Assembly (NCBI GenBank): GCA_050298595.1
Contig: JBNKUM010000094.1
Coordinates: 128,001 to 192,000, forward strand
DNA length: 64,000 nt
DNA from: Gammaproteobacteria bacterium
GTDB lineage: Bacteria > Pseudomonadota > Gammaproteobacteria > GCA-001735895
Direction of reading: 5' to 3'
Positions 38,610 to 49,354 of the stretch are shown here, piece after piece. The notes under the pieces are model-generated. The model was not told the origin of the DNA. It worked only from the letters and a program-made list of their open reading frames with translations, and ran no database searches. A program made the position numbers and the translations under genes. The stretch's first letter is position 1. The number at the start of each line of letters is the position of its first letter.

Positions 38610-40823
38610 GTGATTGATTTTCTTATGCCCCAAACAATGCAAGTCTGTTCCTTTGCAATGATGTTACCGGTATACCATTATTTTGATTACCTGATCGATT
38701 CCTCTATTTCCTGCCAGCCCGGGCAACGTTACATCCTGCCTTTTGGTTCCACTGAAAAAACTGGCATCCTGATCAGCTGTAATGAGAACAATGAATCTGA
38801 GCGCAAGCTTAAGCCTGTTAAACAACAGCTGGATACTCATCCCGTACTGTCGTCGCATTTAATGCAACTGGCTGAATGGATGGCAGATTATTACTGTCAG
38901 CCAGCGGGCGAATTACTGTTTCAGTTTCTTCCGCGTTATTTACGTAACAAGCAAACCCAGAAATCAGTCGCTGTTGAATACTGGTGTGCGCAAAATCTAT
39001 CAGACGAAGATTTTCAAAGCCTGCAACGCAAGGCTCCAAAGCAATGTCAGTTGTTAGAGACTGTGATGGAAAGCGAATATGGTCTGCATGCCGCGCAACT
39101 TAATGATCTGCATAGTGGATGGCGTGCACAGATGAAAGGCCTGCAGGATAAAGGGCTGGTGCGTAGTGAATTTCGTGAGCCCCTGTATGCGGTTGAAACG
39201 ATTGAAGATGAGGCTCCAGTACTTAGCGATGAGCAGCAACAGGCAGTGACATCTATAACACAGGGCTTAGGGGCATTTCGGGTAGATCTGCTTCAAGGAG
39301 TGACCGGTAGTGGTAAAACCGAGGTGTACCTGGCACTCATGCAGCAGGTTATCGCCGAGGGCAAGCAGGTGATTTATCTGGTGCCAGAGATCGGACTTAC
39401 TCCTCAATTGTTGCAGCGATTACAAAATCGCCTGGGCAAGGCTGTCGTCACTTCGCATTCCGGGCAGGCTGAATACCCGCGTTATCAAAGCTGGGATCAG
39501 TTTCGACGTGGGGCAGCTCAGGTGATGATTGGAACCCGTTCGGCGCTATTCAGTGAAGCGCCAGATCTGGGGCTGATCATTATAGATGAAGAACACGATA
39601 GCTCTTATCGACAGCAGGATGGGGTGCGCTATCACGCACGCGACGTAGCGATTAAACGCGCTCAAATGCTCAATATATCGGTAGTGTTGGGCTCAGCCAC
39701 GCCGTCGCTGGAAACACTGCATAACCTGAGCAAGCCGCATTTCTTTCATCATCAACTCAGACAGAGACCGGGTAGCGCAAAGCCGCCACAGGTTCAGCTA
39801 GTTGATTGCGGCAGTGTGAATCTGAATACGGGATGCAGTCCGCAACTGCTGCAGGCCATGCATCAGCATTTACAGCAGCAGGGGCAGGTTCTGCTGTTTT
39901 TAAATCGGCGTGGATTTGCTCCTGTGGTGATGTGTCATGAATGTGGCTGGCAGGCTGAGTGTCATCAATGCGATGCACGTATGACGCTGCATCAATCGCT
40001 TAACCGTATGGTTTGCCATCATTGTGGCTATGCAGAGCCCGTGGTCCGTAGTTGCCCTAAATGCGGCGAGAAAGAGATTCGTCATTACGGCGTAGGTACT
40101 GAACAGCTACAGCAATTTATCCAGCAGCATTTCGATAAGGTGCCGGTGATTCGCATAGACCGCGATAGCGTGAGCAATTCCAGGCAGATGGAAAACATGC
40201 TGCAACCGGTACGCGATGGCGAGCCCTGTATTCTGGTGGGTACCCAGATGCTGGCCAAGGGGCACGATTATCCGAACATTACACTGGTGGGTATTCTGGA
40301 TAGCGACCAGGCCTTATATAGCAGTTTTTATCGAGCTACAGAACGCCTGATCCAGACAGTGTTGCAGGTGGCTGGGCGCGCAGGACGGGCGGACAGGGCA
40401 GGGCAGGCGCTCTTGCAAACCGCATTCCCTCAACACGAATTGATGCAAAAGCTGTGTCATCAGGATTATGCCGAGCTGGTGCAGCCAATCATGCAGGAGC
40501 GTCAGTTGGTAGGATTTCCGCCGTATGTAAGAGTGATTACGCTAAGTGCTGATGCGCTGGAGTTGAATCTGGCGATGAATCGTTTGCATCAGATCCATAA
40601 GGTTCTGATGGCTTTAGATCAGATTTCGAACATCAAGGTGGTTGGGCCGATTCCAGCACTAATGACACGACGCATTGGACGGTATCGTGCTCAGTTATCC
40701 TTGCTAGGAGGCAATATTCGACAATTGCGCCAGATACTGAATAGTGTGTTGCCTGAAATCCAGCGCGTTAAAAATACGGCGCGTTTAAGATTGATTGTTG
40801 AAGTTGACCCTCTGGACCTGTAA
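38610..40823 (+). CDS. priA: Primosomal protein N'
   Basis: GVTGSGKTEVY, DEEHDSSY, LNRRGFAP, four CxxC pairs, GTQMLAKGHD, QVAGRAGR. Confidence 0.97.
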   Translation: MIDFLMPQTMQVCSFAMMLPVYHYFDYLIDSSISCQPGQRYILPFGSTEKTGILISCNENNESERKLKPVKQQLDTHPVLSSHLMQLAEWMADYYCQPAGELLFQFLPRYLRNKQTQKSVAVEYWCAQNLSDEDFQSLQRKAPKQCQLLETVMESEYGLHAAQLNDLHSGWRAQMKGLQDKGLVRSEFREPLYAVETIEDEAPVLSDEQQQAVTSITQGLGAFRVDLLQGVTGSGKTEVYLALMQQVIAEGKQVIYLVPEIGLTPQLLQRLQNRLGKAVVTSHSGQAEYPRYQSWDQFRRGAAQVMIGTRSALFSEAPDLGLIIIDEEHDSSYRQQDGVRYHARDVAIKRAQMLNISVVLGSATPSLETLHNLSKPHFFHHQLRQRPGSAKPPQVQLVDCGSVNLNTGCSPQLLQAMHQHLQQQGQVLLFLNRRGFAPVVMCHECGWQAECHQCDARMTLHQSLNRMVCHHCGYAEPVVRSCPKCGEKEIRHYGVGTEQLQQFIQQHFDKVPVIRIDRDSVSNSRQMENMLQPVRDGEPCILVGTQMLAKGHDYPNITLVGILDSDQALYSSFYRATERLIQTVLQVAGRAGRADRAGQALLQTAFPQHELMQKLCHQDYAELVQPIMQERQLVGFPPYVRVITLSADALELNLAMNRLHQIHKVLMALDQISNIKVVGPIPALMTRRIGRYRAQLSLLGGNIRQLRQILNSVLPEIQRVKNTARLRLIVEVDPLDL

Positions 40824-40941
40824 AAAATAATCCTCATACTGTGCTGCTTGGCCTTTAACCTGCGCTGGCACCTTTAAAAAGTGTTAACAGGCCCTAATAC
40901 CATGTAGAATTCGCATTTTTTTAATACCCGGCAGAATCCTT

Positions 40942-42693
40942 TTGAAGCAGCAAGTCGAACAATTGATAACCTCATCCATTCAACAACTGATCAGCAACGG
41001 TGACCTGGCTCAGGATTTTCAGGCGAAAGTACTGGTTACGCCTAGTAAAGATAGTTCTCAGGGTGATTTTGCATCGAATGTGGCACTGGCAGCGGCTAAA
41101 ACTGCAGGCATGTCCCCACGCCAGTTTGCCGAAAAACTAGTTGCGCACATCCAGTATCAGGACTGGTTACAGAAGATAGAGATTGCAGGCCCAGGCTTTA
41201 TCAATTTCTTTCTAAATGCCGATGTCAATCAATCTCTGGTCAATCAAATCCTGCAACAGAAGTCCGATTTTGGTCACTGTGATTTTGGCAATAAACAGCG
41301 CGTGCAGATTGAGTATGTTTCTGCAAATCCTACTGGGCCGCTGCATGTAGGCCATGGTCGTGGTGCTGCTTACGGTGCTACGCTGTCCAATATGCTCAAG
41401 GCAGTCGGTTATGAAGTGAGCAATGAATACTATGTCAACGATGCTGGTCGTCAGATGGATATACTGGGTACATCGGTATGGCTGCGCTATCTGGAACTGG
41501 CGGGTGAAACCCTGACCTTTCCATCCAATGGTTATAAAGGTGATTACATCTGGGATATCGCCGCCACTTTACATCGTGAAAATGGCGATACCTACCGCAA
41601 AACCACAGGCGAAGTGTTCGACAATGTAACCGCTGATGCACCAGAGGGTGACAAGGAGTTACATATCGATGACCTGATTGCTAATGCCAAAAAATTATTA
41701 GGTGCGCAAGCCTATCGAGTGGTATTCGATCTGGCATTGAATACCCTGGTGGATGTGATCAGCGCCGATCTGAAGCTGTTTGGCGTCGAGTTCGATGAAT
41801 GGTTTTCCGAACGCCAGCTTACCGATAAAGGTATCGTCGATAAAGCACTGCAAACCCTGCAGGATAAAGGGCAGGTATATGAAAAGGATGGCGCGCTATG
41901 GTTTAAATCCAGCGAGTTTGGTGATGAGAAAGATCGCGTCGTCAAACGCGAGAACGGCGCAACTACCTATTTTGCTTCGGATATTGCCTACCACATGAAT
42001 AAATTTGACCGTGGCTTTGATTTCGTGATCAATATCTGGGGTGCTGATCATCACGGCTATATCCCACGCGTAAAGGCTTCGCTGCAGGCGATGGATTATC
42101 CCGCTGACAAGCTGGAAGTACTGCTGGTGCAATTTGCTAACCTGTTCGAAAATGGTGAAAAAATGCCAATGTCGACGCGTTCCGGTGAATTTGTCACCCT
42201 GCGTACGCTACGTGAAGATGTAGGGAAAGATGCTGCGCGTTTCTTTTATGTAATGCGTAAAGCCGATCAGCATATGGATTTCGATCTGACACTGGCGCGC
42301 CAGCAATCTACTGACAACCCGGTATTCTATGTGCAATACGCACATGCTCGTATTTGTAGCGTAGAAAAACAATGCGAAGAGCAGGGTATAACACTGGACA
42401 TCGAAAACGCCGCCCTGCAAAAACTGGATAACAGCCACGAACAGGCCATTCTGAAATTGCTTGCTCTATATCCTGCACGACTGCTGAGTGCAGCACAACG
42501 TCGTGAACCGCATATTGTCGTGAATTATCTACGCGAACTGTCGAACCTGTTTCACTCCTGGTACAACGCGCATAAATTTATCGTCGATGATGTAGAGCTG
42601 ATGAATGCACGTATTGCGCTTGCCTTTGCCACCCGTCAGGTTCTGAAAAACGGACTACACATGATGGGTGTTAGCGCACCCGAGAAAATGTAA
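40942..42693 (+). CDS. argS: Arginine--tRNA ligase
   Basis: SANPTGPLHVGHGRGA (HIGH), GADHHGY, MSTRSG, YVQYAHAR; TTG start. Confidence 0.98.
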   Translation: MKQQVEQLITSSIQQLISNGDLAQDFQAKVLVTPSKDSSQGDFASNVALAAAKTAGMSPRQFAEKLVAHIQYQDWLQKIEIAGPGFINFFLNADVNQSLVNQILQQKSDFGHCDFGNKQRVQIEYVSANPTGPLHVGHGRGAAYGATLSNMLKAVGYEVSNEYYVNDAGRQMDILGTSVWLRYLELAGETLTFPSNGYKGDYIWDIAATLHRENGDTYRKTTGEVFDNVTADAPEGDKELHIDDLIANAKKLLGAQAYRVVFDLALNTLVDVISADLKLFGVEFDEWFSERQLTDKGIVDKALQTLQDKGQVYEKDGALWFKSSEFGDEKDRVVKRENGATTYFASDIAYHMNKFDRGFDFVINIWGADHHGYIPRVKASLQAMDYPADKLEVLLVQFANLFENGEKMPMSTRSGEFVTLRTLREDVGKDAARFFYVMRKADQHMDFDLTLARQQSTDNPVFYVQYAHARICSVEKQCEEQGITLDIENAALQKLDNSHEQAILKLLALYPARLLSAAQRREPHIVVNYLRELSNLFHSWYNAHKFIVDDVELMNARIALAFATRQVLKNGLHMMGVSAPEKM

Positions 42694-42696
42694 GTC

Positions 42697-43197
42697 ATGG
42701 CTGAAGCAAAAAAATCATCACCCTGGGTCTGGGTTTCACTAGGCTTGATCATTGGGTTGTTTGTCGCGTTCGTACTTTTTCTGGATCAGAAAATTGTAAA
42801 AACTACGCATCAGCCCTTGCCAGCCGATACGACTCAGGAAGACAGTAAAAAACCGATATTTGACTTTTATACGGTGTTGCCCAAGCGTGAAGTGGATATC
42901 CCTGAGCCTGATTTGAGTGAAAATAAGCGGAATAAAAAATCACCACAAAAGCAACCAGCAGCTAAGGTTCAATATATTTTACAGGCCGGTTCATTTACCA
43001 CTGCCGAAGATGCTGAGCGGCAAAAGGCGAAGCTGGCTTTAGTCGGGCTGCAGTCAGTGGTGAGCAAGGCGGATGTGAATGGTACGGTTTACTTTCGAGT
43101 TGAGCTTGGGCCCTTTGTGGACGATGGTGCCTACTCTGAGGTTAAGAACCTGCTGATTGAAAACGATATCGCTTATATCCCAAAAGCTATTCACTAG
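42697..43197 (+). CDS. SPOR-domain cell division protein (FtsN-like)
   Basis: N-terminal TM, FDFYTVLP, LQAGSF...AE..KA.L...G, RVELGPF; after argS. Confidence 0.85.
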   Translation: MAEAKKSSPWVWVSLGLIIGLFVAFVLFLDQKIVKTTHQPLPADTTQEDSKKPIFDFYTVLPKREVDIPEPDLSENKRNKKSPQKQPAAKVQYILQAGSFTTAEDAERQKAKLALVGLQSVVSKADVNGTVYFRVELGPFVDDGAYSEVKNLLIENDIAYIPKAIH

Positions 43198-43261
43198 GCT
43201 TGCTTCGATTAAGCTCGGTTTTGCCGGGTTCAGGTATTATTAAAAGAAATGGAGATCAGTA

Positions 43262-44806
43262 ATGATAGATAAAATCAGTATGGACTTTGAAGTCAATATT
43301 GACACAAACGCTCCAGCAAAATCGAATATTCGCCCAAGCAGTCCGAATAGCCCATTTTGTATTGCCATACTGGGAGATTTCAGTGGCCGTACTAATCGTT
43401 CGCAGCATGAGCCTGGGACGCTTTCCAGTCGACGTTTGATTGAAATAGATTGCGATAATTTTGAACAGGTAATGGCGCGTTTCAATATCAGTTTGAATCT
43501 GAACTTCGCTGAGGGCGAAGGCATACAGATGAGCATAAAAGAGCTGGATGATTTTCATCCCGATGAACTGTATGAAAAGCTCGAAACCTTCAGCGAGCTT
43601 CGCAGCCTGCGTCGCAGATTAAAAAACAATAATAGCTTTGCCGAAGCTGCGGCTGAGATACAGAGCTGGAACATAGTAAATGAATCTCCAGTTATCCAGC
43701 CAGCAAGCCCTGCTGATTCTGATGTAAATAAGGCAATACAGGCCGACGCGGGAAATTTACTAAATAGCATACTTGGTTCTCAACAACAATCCTCAGGCGC
43801 TTCTAATGCTGCAACAAGTCAAATCGACCGCTTGATTAAAAGAGTGGTTGCACCTTACATCGAACCTGCTGCTGACCCGCGACAGGATGAGATGATATCC
43901 AGTGTCGATCAGGCGATACAAACCCATATGCGAGATATTTTGCATCATGCTGATTTTCAGGCGCTGGAATCTGCCTGGCAATCTGTGGACTTTTTGATTA
44001 AACGTCTGGAGACCGATGCCAGTCTGAAAATAAAAATACTGGATGTCAGCAAGCAGGAGTTACAGGCCGATCTGGCGGTGGATGACCTGACGGCCTCTTC
44101 GATCTACAAACTGTTCTGCGATCCCGCTGAAGGCGATGAACCATGCAGTGTGTTGCTGGGCAACTATAGTTTCACCGACAGCATTGATGATGTACTCTCG
44201 CTGGCCAGTATAGCTGCTATTGCCAAACAGGCAGGTGCTCCGTTTATTGCGGCTGCTGAAGAAACTCTGGCTGGCTGTGAGTCATTTGCCACTACGCCCG
44301 ATTATGAAGACTGGAATCATAGTATCAGTGAAGGGGTGAGCAGCGCCTGGAAAATGTTACGCCAGTCATCTGTGGCCGCTTATATAGGTTTGGCCCTGCC
44401 GAGATTTTTACTCAGATTGCCCTATGGCAGGAAAACCAGGCCGATAGACTCATTTTCTTTTGAAGAAATGCCAGACGAGCCTTGTCATGCCTGTTATCTG
44501 TGGGGCAATGCGGCGTTCATCAAGGTTGAGTTACTGGCGCGCAATTTCAAAAAACGCGGCTGGCAGATGCGGCCGGGCGAAGAGTATCAAACCGACGGAC
44601 TGCCGGTTCATTACTATAAAGAAGATGGCGAAACCGTGGGCAAGCCTGTGGCCGAAATCCTGCTAACGGAAAAGGGCGGGGAAATCATAAGCCAGCAGGG
44701 CTTGATGCCCTTATGGTCGGTTAAAAACAGCGATGCTATTCGATCATCTGACTTTCGTTCAGTGGATGAAAATGGTCAGACAATCATCGGACGTTGGGTA
44801 TCCTAA
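43262..44806 (+). CDS. Type VI secretion contractile sheath protein, TssB-like plus TssC-like fusion
   Basis: N-terminal IAILGDFSGR...LDDFHPD (VipA-like); ILHHADFQALESAW, APFIAAA, YIGLALPRFLLRLPYG, YLWGNAA (VipB-like). Confidence 0.85.
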   Translation: MIDKISMDFEVNIDTNAPAKSNIRPSSPNSPFCIAILGDFSGRTNRSQHEPGTLSSRRLIEIDCDNFEQVMARFNISLNLNFAEGEGIQMSIKELDDFHPDELYEKLETFSELRSLRRRLKNNNSFAEAAAEIQSWNIVNESPVIQPASPADSDVNKAIQADAGNLLNSILGSQQQSSGASNAATSQIDRLIKRVVAPYIEPAADPRQDEMISSVDQAIQTHMRDILHHADFQALESAWQSVDFLIKRLETDASLKIKILDVSKQELQADLAVDDLTASSIYKLFCDPAEGDEPCSVLLGNYSFTDSIDDVLSLASIAAIAKQAGAPFIAAAEETLAGCESFATTPDYEDWNHSISEGVSSAWKMLRQSSVAAYIGLALPRFLLRLPYGRKTRPIDSFSFEEMPDEPCHACYLWGNAAFIKVELLARNFKKRGWQMRPGEEYQTDGLPVHYYKEDGETVGKPVAEILLTEKGGEIISQQGLMPLWSVKNSDAIRSSDFRSVDENGQTIIGRWVS

Positions 44807-44812
44807 CTTACG

Positions 44813-45907
44813 CTAGCCCTGTTGCAATAATTGCTTGAGGTCGATAACGGCTGCATTAGCACGTGATATGTAAGATGCCATCACCAGCGAGTGATTGGCG
44901 AACATGCCAAAGCCTGAGCCATTCATGATCATCGGTGACCACAGTGGTTCCTGGGTGGCTTCCAGTTCTCTGATGATCTGGCGCAGGCTGATCAGTGCGT
45001 TTTTCTTACGCAGGATACTGTCGAAATCCTTCTCTACGGCTTTCATAATATGTACCAGAGCCCAGGCCGCGCCACGCGTCTGATAAAACACATCATCAAT
45101 CTCGCTCCATGGGGTTTGAATATCAACCTCGTTAGCGGTATGGGTAGATTGCTCGGCGGCAGCGTCTCCCGCCAGATCTGTATTGATGCGAGTCTGGCCC
45201 ACGCTGGCACTGAGACGTTGCGACAGACTGCCAAGGCGTTTTTCAACCTGACCCAGCCAGTCAGCCAGGTTATCTGCGCGTGCATAAAACTGAGCTTCAG
45301 GGTTATTCGGATTTTGCAGGCGTTTCAGATAGCTCTGCATCGCGTTCAGGCCTTTTTGATATTCGCTTTCAGTGGCTGGGAAAAGCCAGGACTCATTATC
45401 AAAGTTGAATTGCGGTTCAGCAATAATCAAATCCTTATCCTCAACAGACTGTGATTGTGAACGGCTGAAATCGTTACGCATCGCGCGCGCCATATCTCGG
45501 CATTGAATCAAAACCCCGTATTCCCAGTTGGGTATGTTGTCCAGCCACAGGCTGGGGGGCAATACATCATTGCTGAGATAGCCGCCGGGTTTGGTTAGCA
45601 GGGTTTGCATAAGATGAATAACGGTTGCTGTGGTGGTACTGCCGATAGTGATATTCTGCGAATCCTGCGGTGCCATCTGCTGGGTAACCTGCTGTACATC
45701 GAAACTGTCGGGTTCCTGACTCCAGTACCATCCGAGCATAATCAGGCACAGCAATATTGCTACGATCAGGCCACCGGTAAAGCCGAGGGGGTATTCGCTG
45801 TTTTTGAAATTGTTAAATCCTGTTTTCAATCGGTCCATTAGGTCTTCACTGGTTATGTTCATAATCTTGAATCTTGTGAGTTTTCGTGCAACAGTCTGCG
45901 CGTTCAT
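44813..45907 (-). CDS. DUF2333-family protein
   Basis: WYWSQEP, KPGGYLSND, DNIPNWEYG, FYARADNL, ANHSLVMASYISRANAA. Confidence 0.85.
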   Translation of the reverse strand: MNAQTVARKLTRFKIMNITSEDLMDRLKTGFNNFKNSEYPLGFTGGLIVAILLCLIMLGWYWSQEPDSFDVQQVTQQMAPQDSQNITIGSTTTATVIHLMQTLLTKPGGYLSNDVLPPSLWLDNIPNWEYGVLIQCRDMARAMRNDFSRSQSQSVEDKDLIIAEPQFNFDNESWLFPATESEYQKGLNAMQSYLKRLQNPNNPEAQFYARADNLADWLGQVEKRLGSLSQRLSASVGQTRINTDLAGDAAAEQSTHTANEVDIQTPWSEIDDVFYQTRGAAWALVHIMKAVEKDFDSILRKKNALISLRQIIRELEATQEPLWSPMIMNGSGFGMFANHSLVMASYISRANAAVIDLKQLLQQG

Positions 45908-45993
45908 TAAAACAGATATCCATGTACTAAGGAACCTCTGTAAAGATCAAGATCTAAACTGCTGCTACACAACACAAAAATCAAGGACTATCC

Positions 45994-48294
45994 ATGAAAA
46001 TATTTAAATACCTGATGCTAACGCTAGGCGCGCTTATTCTACTGGTGGTTATCACTGTGGGTGTATTTCTCGCTACTTTTGATGCCAATCAATACAAGCA
46101 GGAGCTGTCAGATCTGCTGCGACAGCAAACTGGGCGTGAACTGGTCTTTCAGGGTGATATAGGCTTAACCCTGTATCCTGCACTGGGGATGAAGCTGGGT
46201 TCTCTGACCCTGTCCAATGCTGTGGGATTCGGTAATCGCCCCATGCTGTCGGTGAATAAGGTCAGTGCCAGTGTGGATGTATTATCCATTCTGTCATTAA
46301 AGCCACAGGTGGCGCAACTTGTGCTGGATGGGCTAAATGTTGATTTGCAGAAAAATGCTCAGGGCGTGACCAACTGGGATGACCTGGTCAAAAAAGCTGA
46401 GGCTCAGCCCGAATCTTCGACCACAGCCCCGGCAACCGATCAGCCTGCTGAGGGCAAGCCTATGCAAATCGGTGGAGCGTTTGGCGGATTGAATATTACT
46501 AATGCCAATATTAACTGGAACGATGCCCAGGCGGGCGCTCAATATAGCGTTAGTGACCTGTCACTGGTCAGTGGTGCGATAGAGCCAGAGAAGGCATTCC
46601 CGCTAGCGCTGAAACTATCCCTCTCCAGTGCGCAACAATTGACAAGTGATATCCAGCTGGATACCGAGGTGTTGTTCAAAAATCAAACTCTGAAGCTATC
46701 AGCCGTCAAGCTCAATGCGCGTGCAAATGGCAAACTCATCCCGCTGGATGAAGTGAAGTTATTACTCAATGCGGATGTTGAGTTTGCGTTAAACAGAAAT
46801 CAGCTGTCTGTTGAGGGGCTCAGTACACAGATCAATACGACAGGTGGTGTGCTTACCTCCTCTGAAGTGAAGCTGGCCGGTGAAGTGGGTTTTGATTTAA
46901 ATCAGCAGCATTTGACTATAGCCGTGCTGGATGTGACGGCAGATTTGGCTGGAGAATCCGTACCCAACCAGAAAATGAAAGTGGGTATGTCCTCTTCACA
47001 GCTGGATATGAGGCTAGATAAGCGCAGCATCGATTTAGCGAATCTGGTGATGATGCTAAATGACAACCGCTTCGAGGGTTTTGTTAAGGTACAGGATTAC
47101 GCACAGCCAGCGCTTAGCTTTAAACTGGCTTCAAAAAGCCTGGATGTCGATAAGCTCACCGGTTGGGTACGTCCTGAACCAGTCGAAACGCCGACCACTG
47201 TGGATGCCCCTGCTACGGAACCGGCACCCGATGTAGAGATTGCGCTACCAATGGAATTGCTGCGTAGTTTAAAAATTGATGGCGAGCTGGGTATAGGTAA
47301 ATTGGTGGCACAGGGCCTGAGCATGCAAAACCTGTTACTCAAGGTTAAGGCTGCTGATGGCGTGATTGAACTCAACCCAATCAAACTGGATTTATACGAT
47401 GGCAGCTTTGATGGCTCAGTAAAAATCAATGCCCAGGGTGAAAAGCCCGTGTATAGCGTGCACAAAAAGCTATCGGCTTTCCATATCGGTGAATTTCTGA
47501 AGGATTTCATGCAAAAAGATCCGGTTAGCGGGTTAGCTAATCTGGATGTTAATGTTACTACACAGGGTGACTGGCTCAGTCAGCTTAAGTCTAACCTGAA
47601 TGGTAAGGTTGCTGTTGCGATAGAGGATGGTGCCCTGAAAGGTTTTAATCTAAGAGCAGAAATCGATAAAGCCAAAGCCAGTTTACAGGGTGAAAAGCTA
47701 AAGGATCGTGAAGTCCAGAAAACTGATTTTAGTGCGCTGTCCTTAGGCGGTGTGATCAACAATGGCGTGTTTGCCACTGATGACCTGAATCTGCAGGCTC
47801 CGCTGCTACGGGTAGGCGGAGCGGGAACGGTCAATCTGGTAAAGGAAAGCGTGGACTATCTGGTCAATGCCAAGATTGTAGGTACGACCAAGGGGCAGGG
47901 CGCGGGTGGCCTCAATGACCTGGCTGGATTATTAATACCGGTAAAGGTCACCGGTTCCTGGCTGGATCCAAAACTTGATGTGCAACTGGATGATATTCTG
48001 AAAAAGAAATTCGATGCTGAAAAAGCAAAAATCGCGGCTGAGGTTGCTGATCAGAAGGCAGCGCTACAGGCAAAACTGGCAGCGGAAAAAGCCAAACTGA
48101 AAGCAGCACAGGAAAAGAAAATCGCCGCTGAAAAAGAAGCGCTGGCTAAAAAGCAGCAGTTGCTTGAAGCAGAGCAGAAAGCAAAGCTGGCAGCGGAAAA
48201 GAAAAAGCAACAGGATGCGCTGGAGGCAAAGAAAAAAGCAGAAGAGGAAAGGGCCAAAAGCAAGCTGGAAGAAAAGCTGAAAAAACTGTTTTAA
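45994..48294 (+). CDS. asmA: AsmA-family protein with C-terminal Lys/Ala/Glu-rich coiled coil
   Basis: FDANQYK..L...TGREL, G..NWDDL, LDLYDG, DFSAL, APLLRVGGAG; asmA-mutY adjacency. Confidence 0.85.
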   Translation: MKIFKYLMLTLGALILLVVITVGVFLATFDANQYKQELSDLLRQQTGRELVFQGDIGLTLYPALGMKLGSLTLSNAVGFGNRPMLSVNKVSASVDVLSILSLKPQVAQLVLDGLNVDLQKNAQGVTNWDDLVKKAEAQPESSTTAPATDQPAEGKPMQIGGAFGGLNITNANINWNDAQAGAQYSVSDLSLVSGAIEPEKAFPLALKLSLSSAQQLTSDIQLDTEVLFKNQTLKLSAVKLNARANGKLIPLDEVKLLLNADVEFALNRNQLSVEGLSTQINTTGGVLTSSEVKLAGEVGFDLNQQHLTIAVLDVTADLAGESVPNQKMKVGMSSSQLDMRLDKRSIDLANLVMMLNDNRFEGFVKVQDYAQPALSFKLASKSLDVDKLTGWVRPEPVETPTTVDAPATEPAPDVEIALPMELLRSLKIDGELGIGKLVAQGLSMQNLLLKVKAADGVIELNPIKLDLYDGSFDGSVKINAQGEKPVYSVHKKLSAFHIGEFLKDFMQKDPVSGLANLDVNVTTQGDWLSQLKSNLNGKVAVAIEDGALKGFNLRAEIDKAKASLQGEKLKDREVQKTDFSALSLGGVINNGVFATDDLNLQAPLLRVGGAGTVNLVKESVDYLVNAKIVGTTKGQGAGGLNDLAGLLIPVKVTGSWLDPKLDVQLDDILKKKFDAEKAKIAAEVADQKAALQAKLAAEKAKLKAAQEKKIAAEKEALAKKQQLLEAEQKAKLAAEKKKQQDALEAKKKAEEERAKSKLEEKLKKLF

Positions 48295-49346
48295 TGCCAG
48301 ATATTGCGCAATATTTGCTGCCCTGGTTTGATCAGTATGGGCGTAAGGACCTGCCCTGGCAGCAGCAGGTGAATGGATACAGGGTCTGGTTATCCGAAAT
48401 CATGCTGCAGCAAACTCAGGTCGCAACGGTTATTCCGTATTTTAATCGGTTTATCGAATCCTTTCCTGATGTAAACGCATTGGCAGACGCTGATCTGGAT
48501 TCTGTATTGAATCATTGGGCCGGTTTAGGGTATTACGCACGAGCGCGTAACCTGCATAAAACAGCCGCTATGGTGAAGGATCGGTTCAGCGGCAGTTTCC
48601 CCGAAGACTTGCAACAACTGGAGTCTTTACCGGGTATTGGTCGCTCTACAGCTGCTGCGATTCTCAGTCTGGCTTATCAACAAAAGGCTACGATTCTGGA
48701 TGGCAATGTTAAGCGCGTACTGGCAAGGGTTTATCAGGTGGATGGATGGTATGGTCAAAGCAGGACCCTGAATACATTATGGGGCATAGCAGAACAACAA
48801 ACGCCAGACCGTCGAGTGGCTCACTATAATCAGGCGATGATGGATCTGGGTGCTACCGTTTGTAAACGGAGTAAGCCGCTGTGTGAAAGTTGCCCGCTAA
48901 TAGATATATGTGCCAGTTATCAGCAGGGTACCCAGCAGCAGTATCCGGTTTCTCGTCCAGCCAGGAAGCGTCCGCATAAGCATTGCTGGGTATTACTGCA
49001 TCAATCAGAAAGTCATATTCTGCTGGAGCGCAGGCCGCCCAGTGGTATCTGGGGTGGCTTGTGGTCATTACCGGAAATGGAAGATCTGGCCCAACTGGAT
49101 AGCTGGCAGTTACAGCATCTGGGGCAGGTTAAGCAGGTTTGTGAAACGCAGGAAAACTCTTTACTACATAAATTTACTCATTTTGATTTGAGTCTTTCAG
49201 TCGCGCGAGTAGAGTTTTCACAGCAGGATAGATTGCCTGCGCCGGTAATAGTGTCAGAGCTGGAAAGATATCAATGGATAGAATGTGAGCAGCTTGCTCA
49301 ATACGGGCTGCCAACGCCTATTCAGAAAATCCTTAATCGTTATTGA
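48294..49346 (+). CDS. mutY: A/G-specific adenine glycosylase
   Basis: WLSEIMLQQTQV, WAGLGYYARARNLH, LPGIGRSTA, DGNVKRV, Fe-S C-x6-C-x2-C-x5-C. Confidence 0.97.
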   Translation: MPDIAQYLLPWFDQYGRKDLPWQQQVNGYRVWLSEIMLQQTQVATVIPYFNRFIESFPDVNALADADLDSVLNHWAGLGYYARARNLHKTAAMVKDRFSGSFPEDLQQLESLPGIGRSTAAAILSLAYQQKATILDGNVKRVLARVYQVDGWYGQSRTLNTLWGIAEQQTPDRRVAHYNQAMMDLGATVCKRSKPLCESCPLIDICASYQQGTQQQYPVSRPARKRPHKHCWVLLHQSESHILLERRPPSGIWGGLWSLPEMEDLAQLDSWQLQHLGQVKQVCETQENSLLHKFTHFDLSLSVARVEFSQQDRLPAPVIVSELERYQWIECEQLAQYGLPTPIQKILNRY

Positions 49347-49354
49347 TACAGTTC

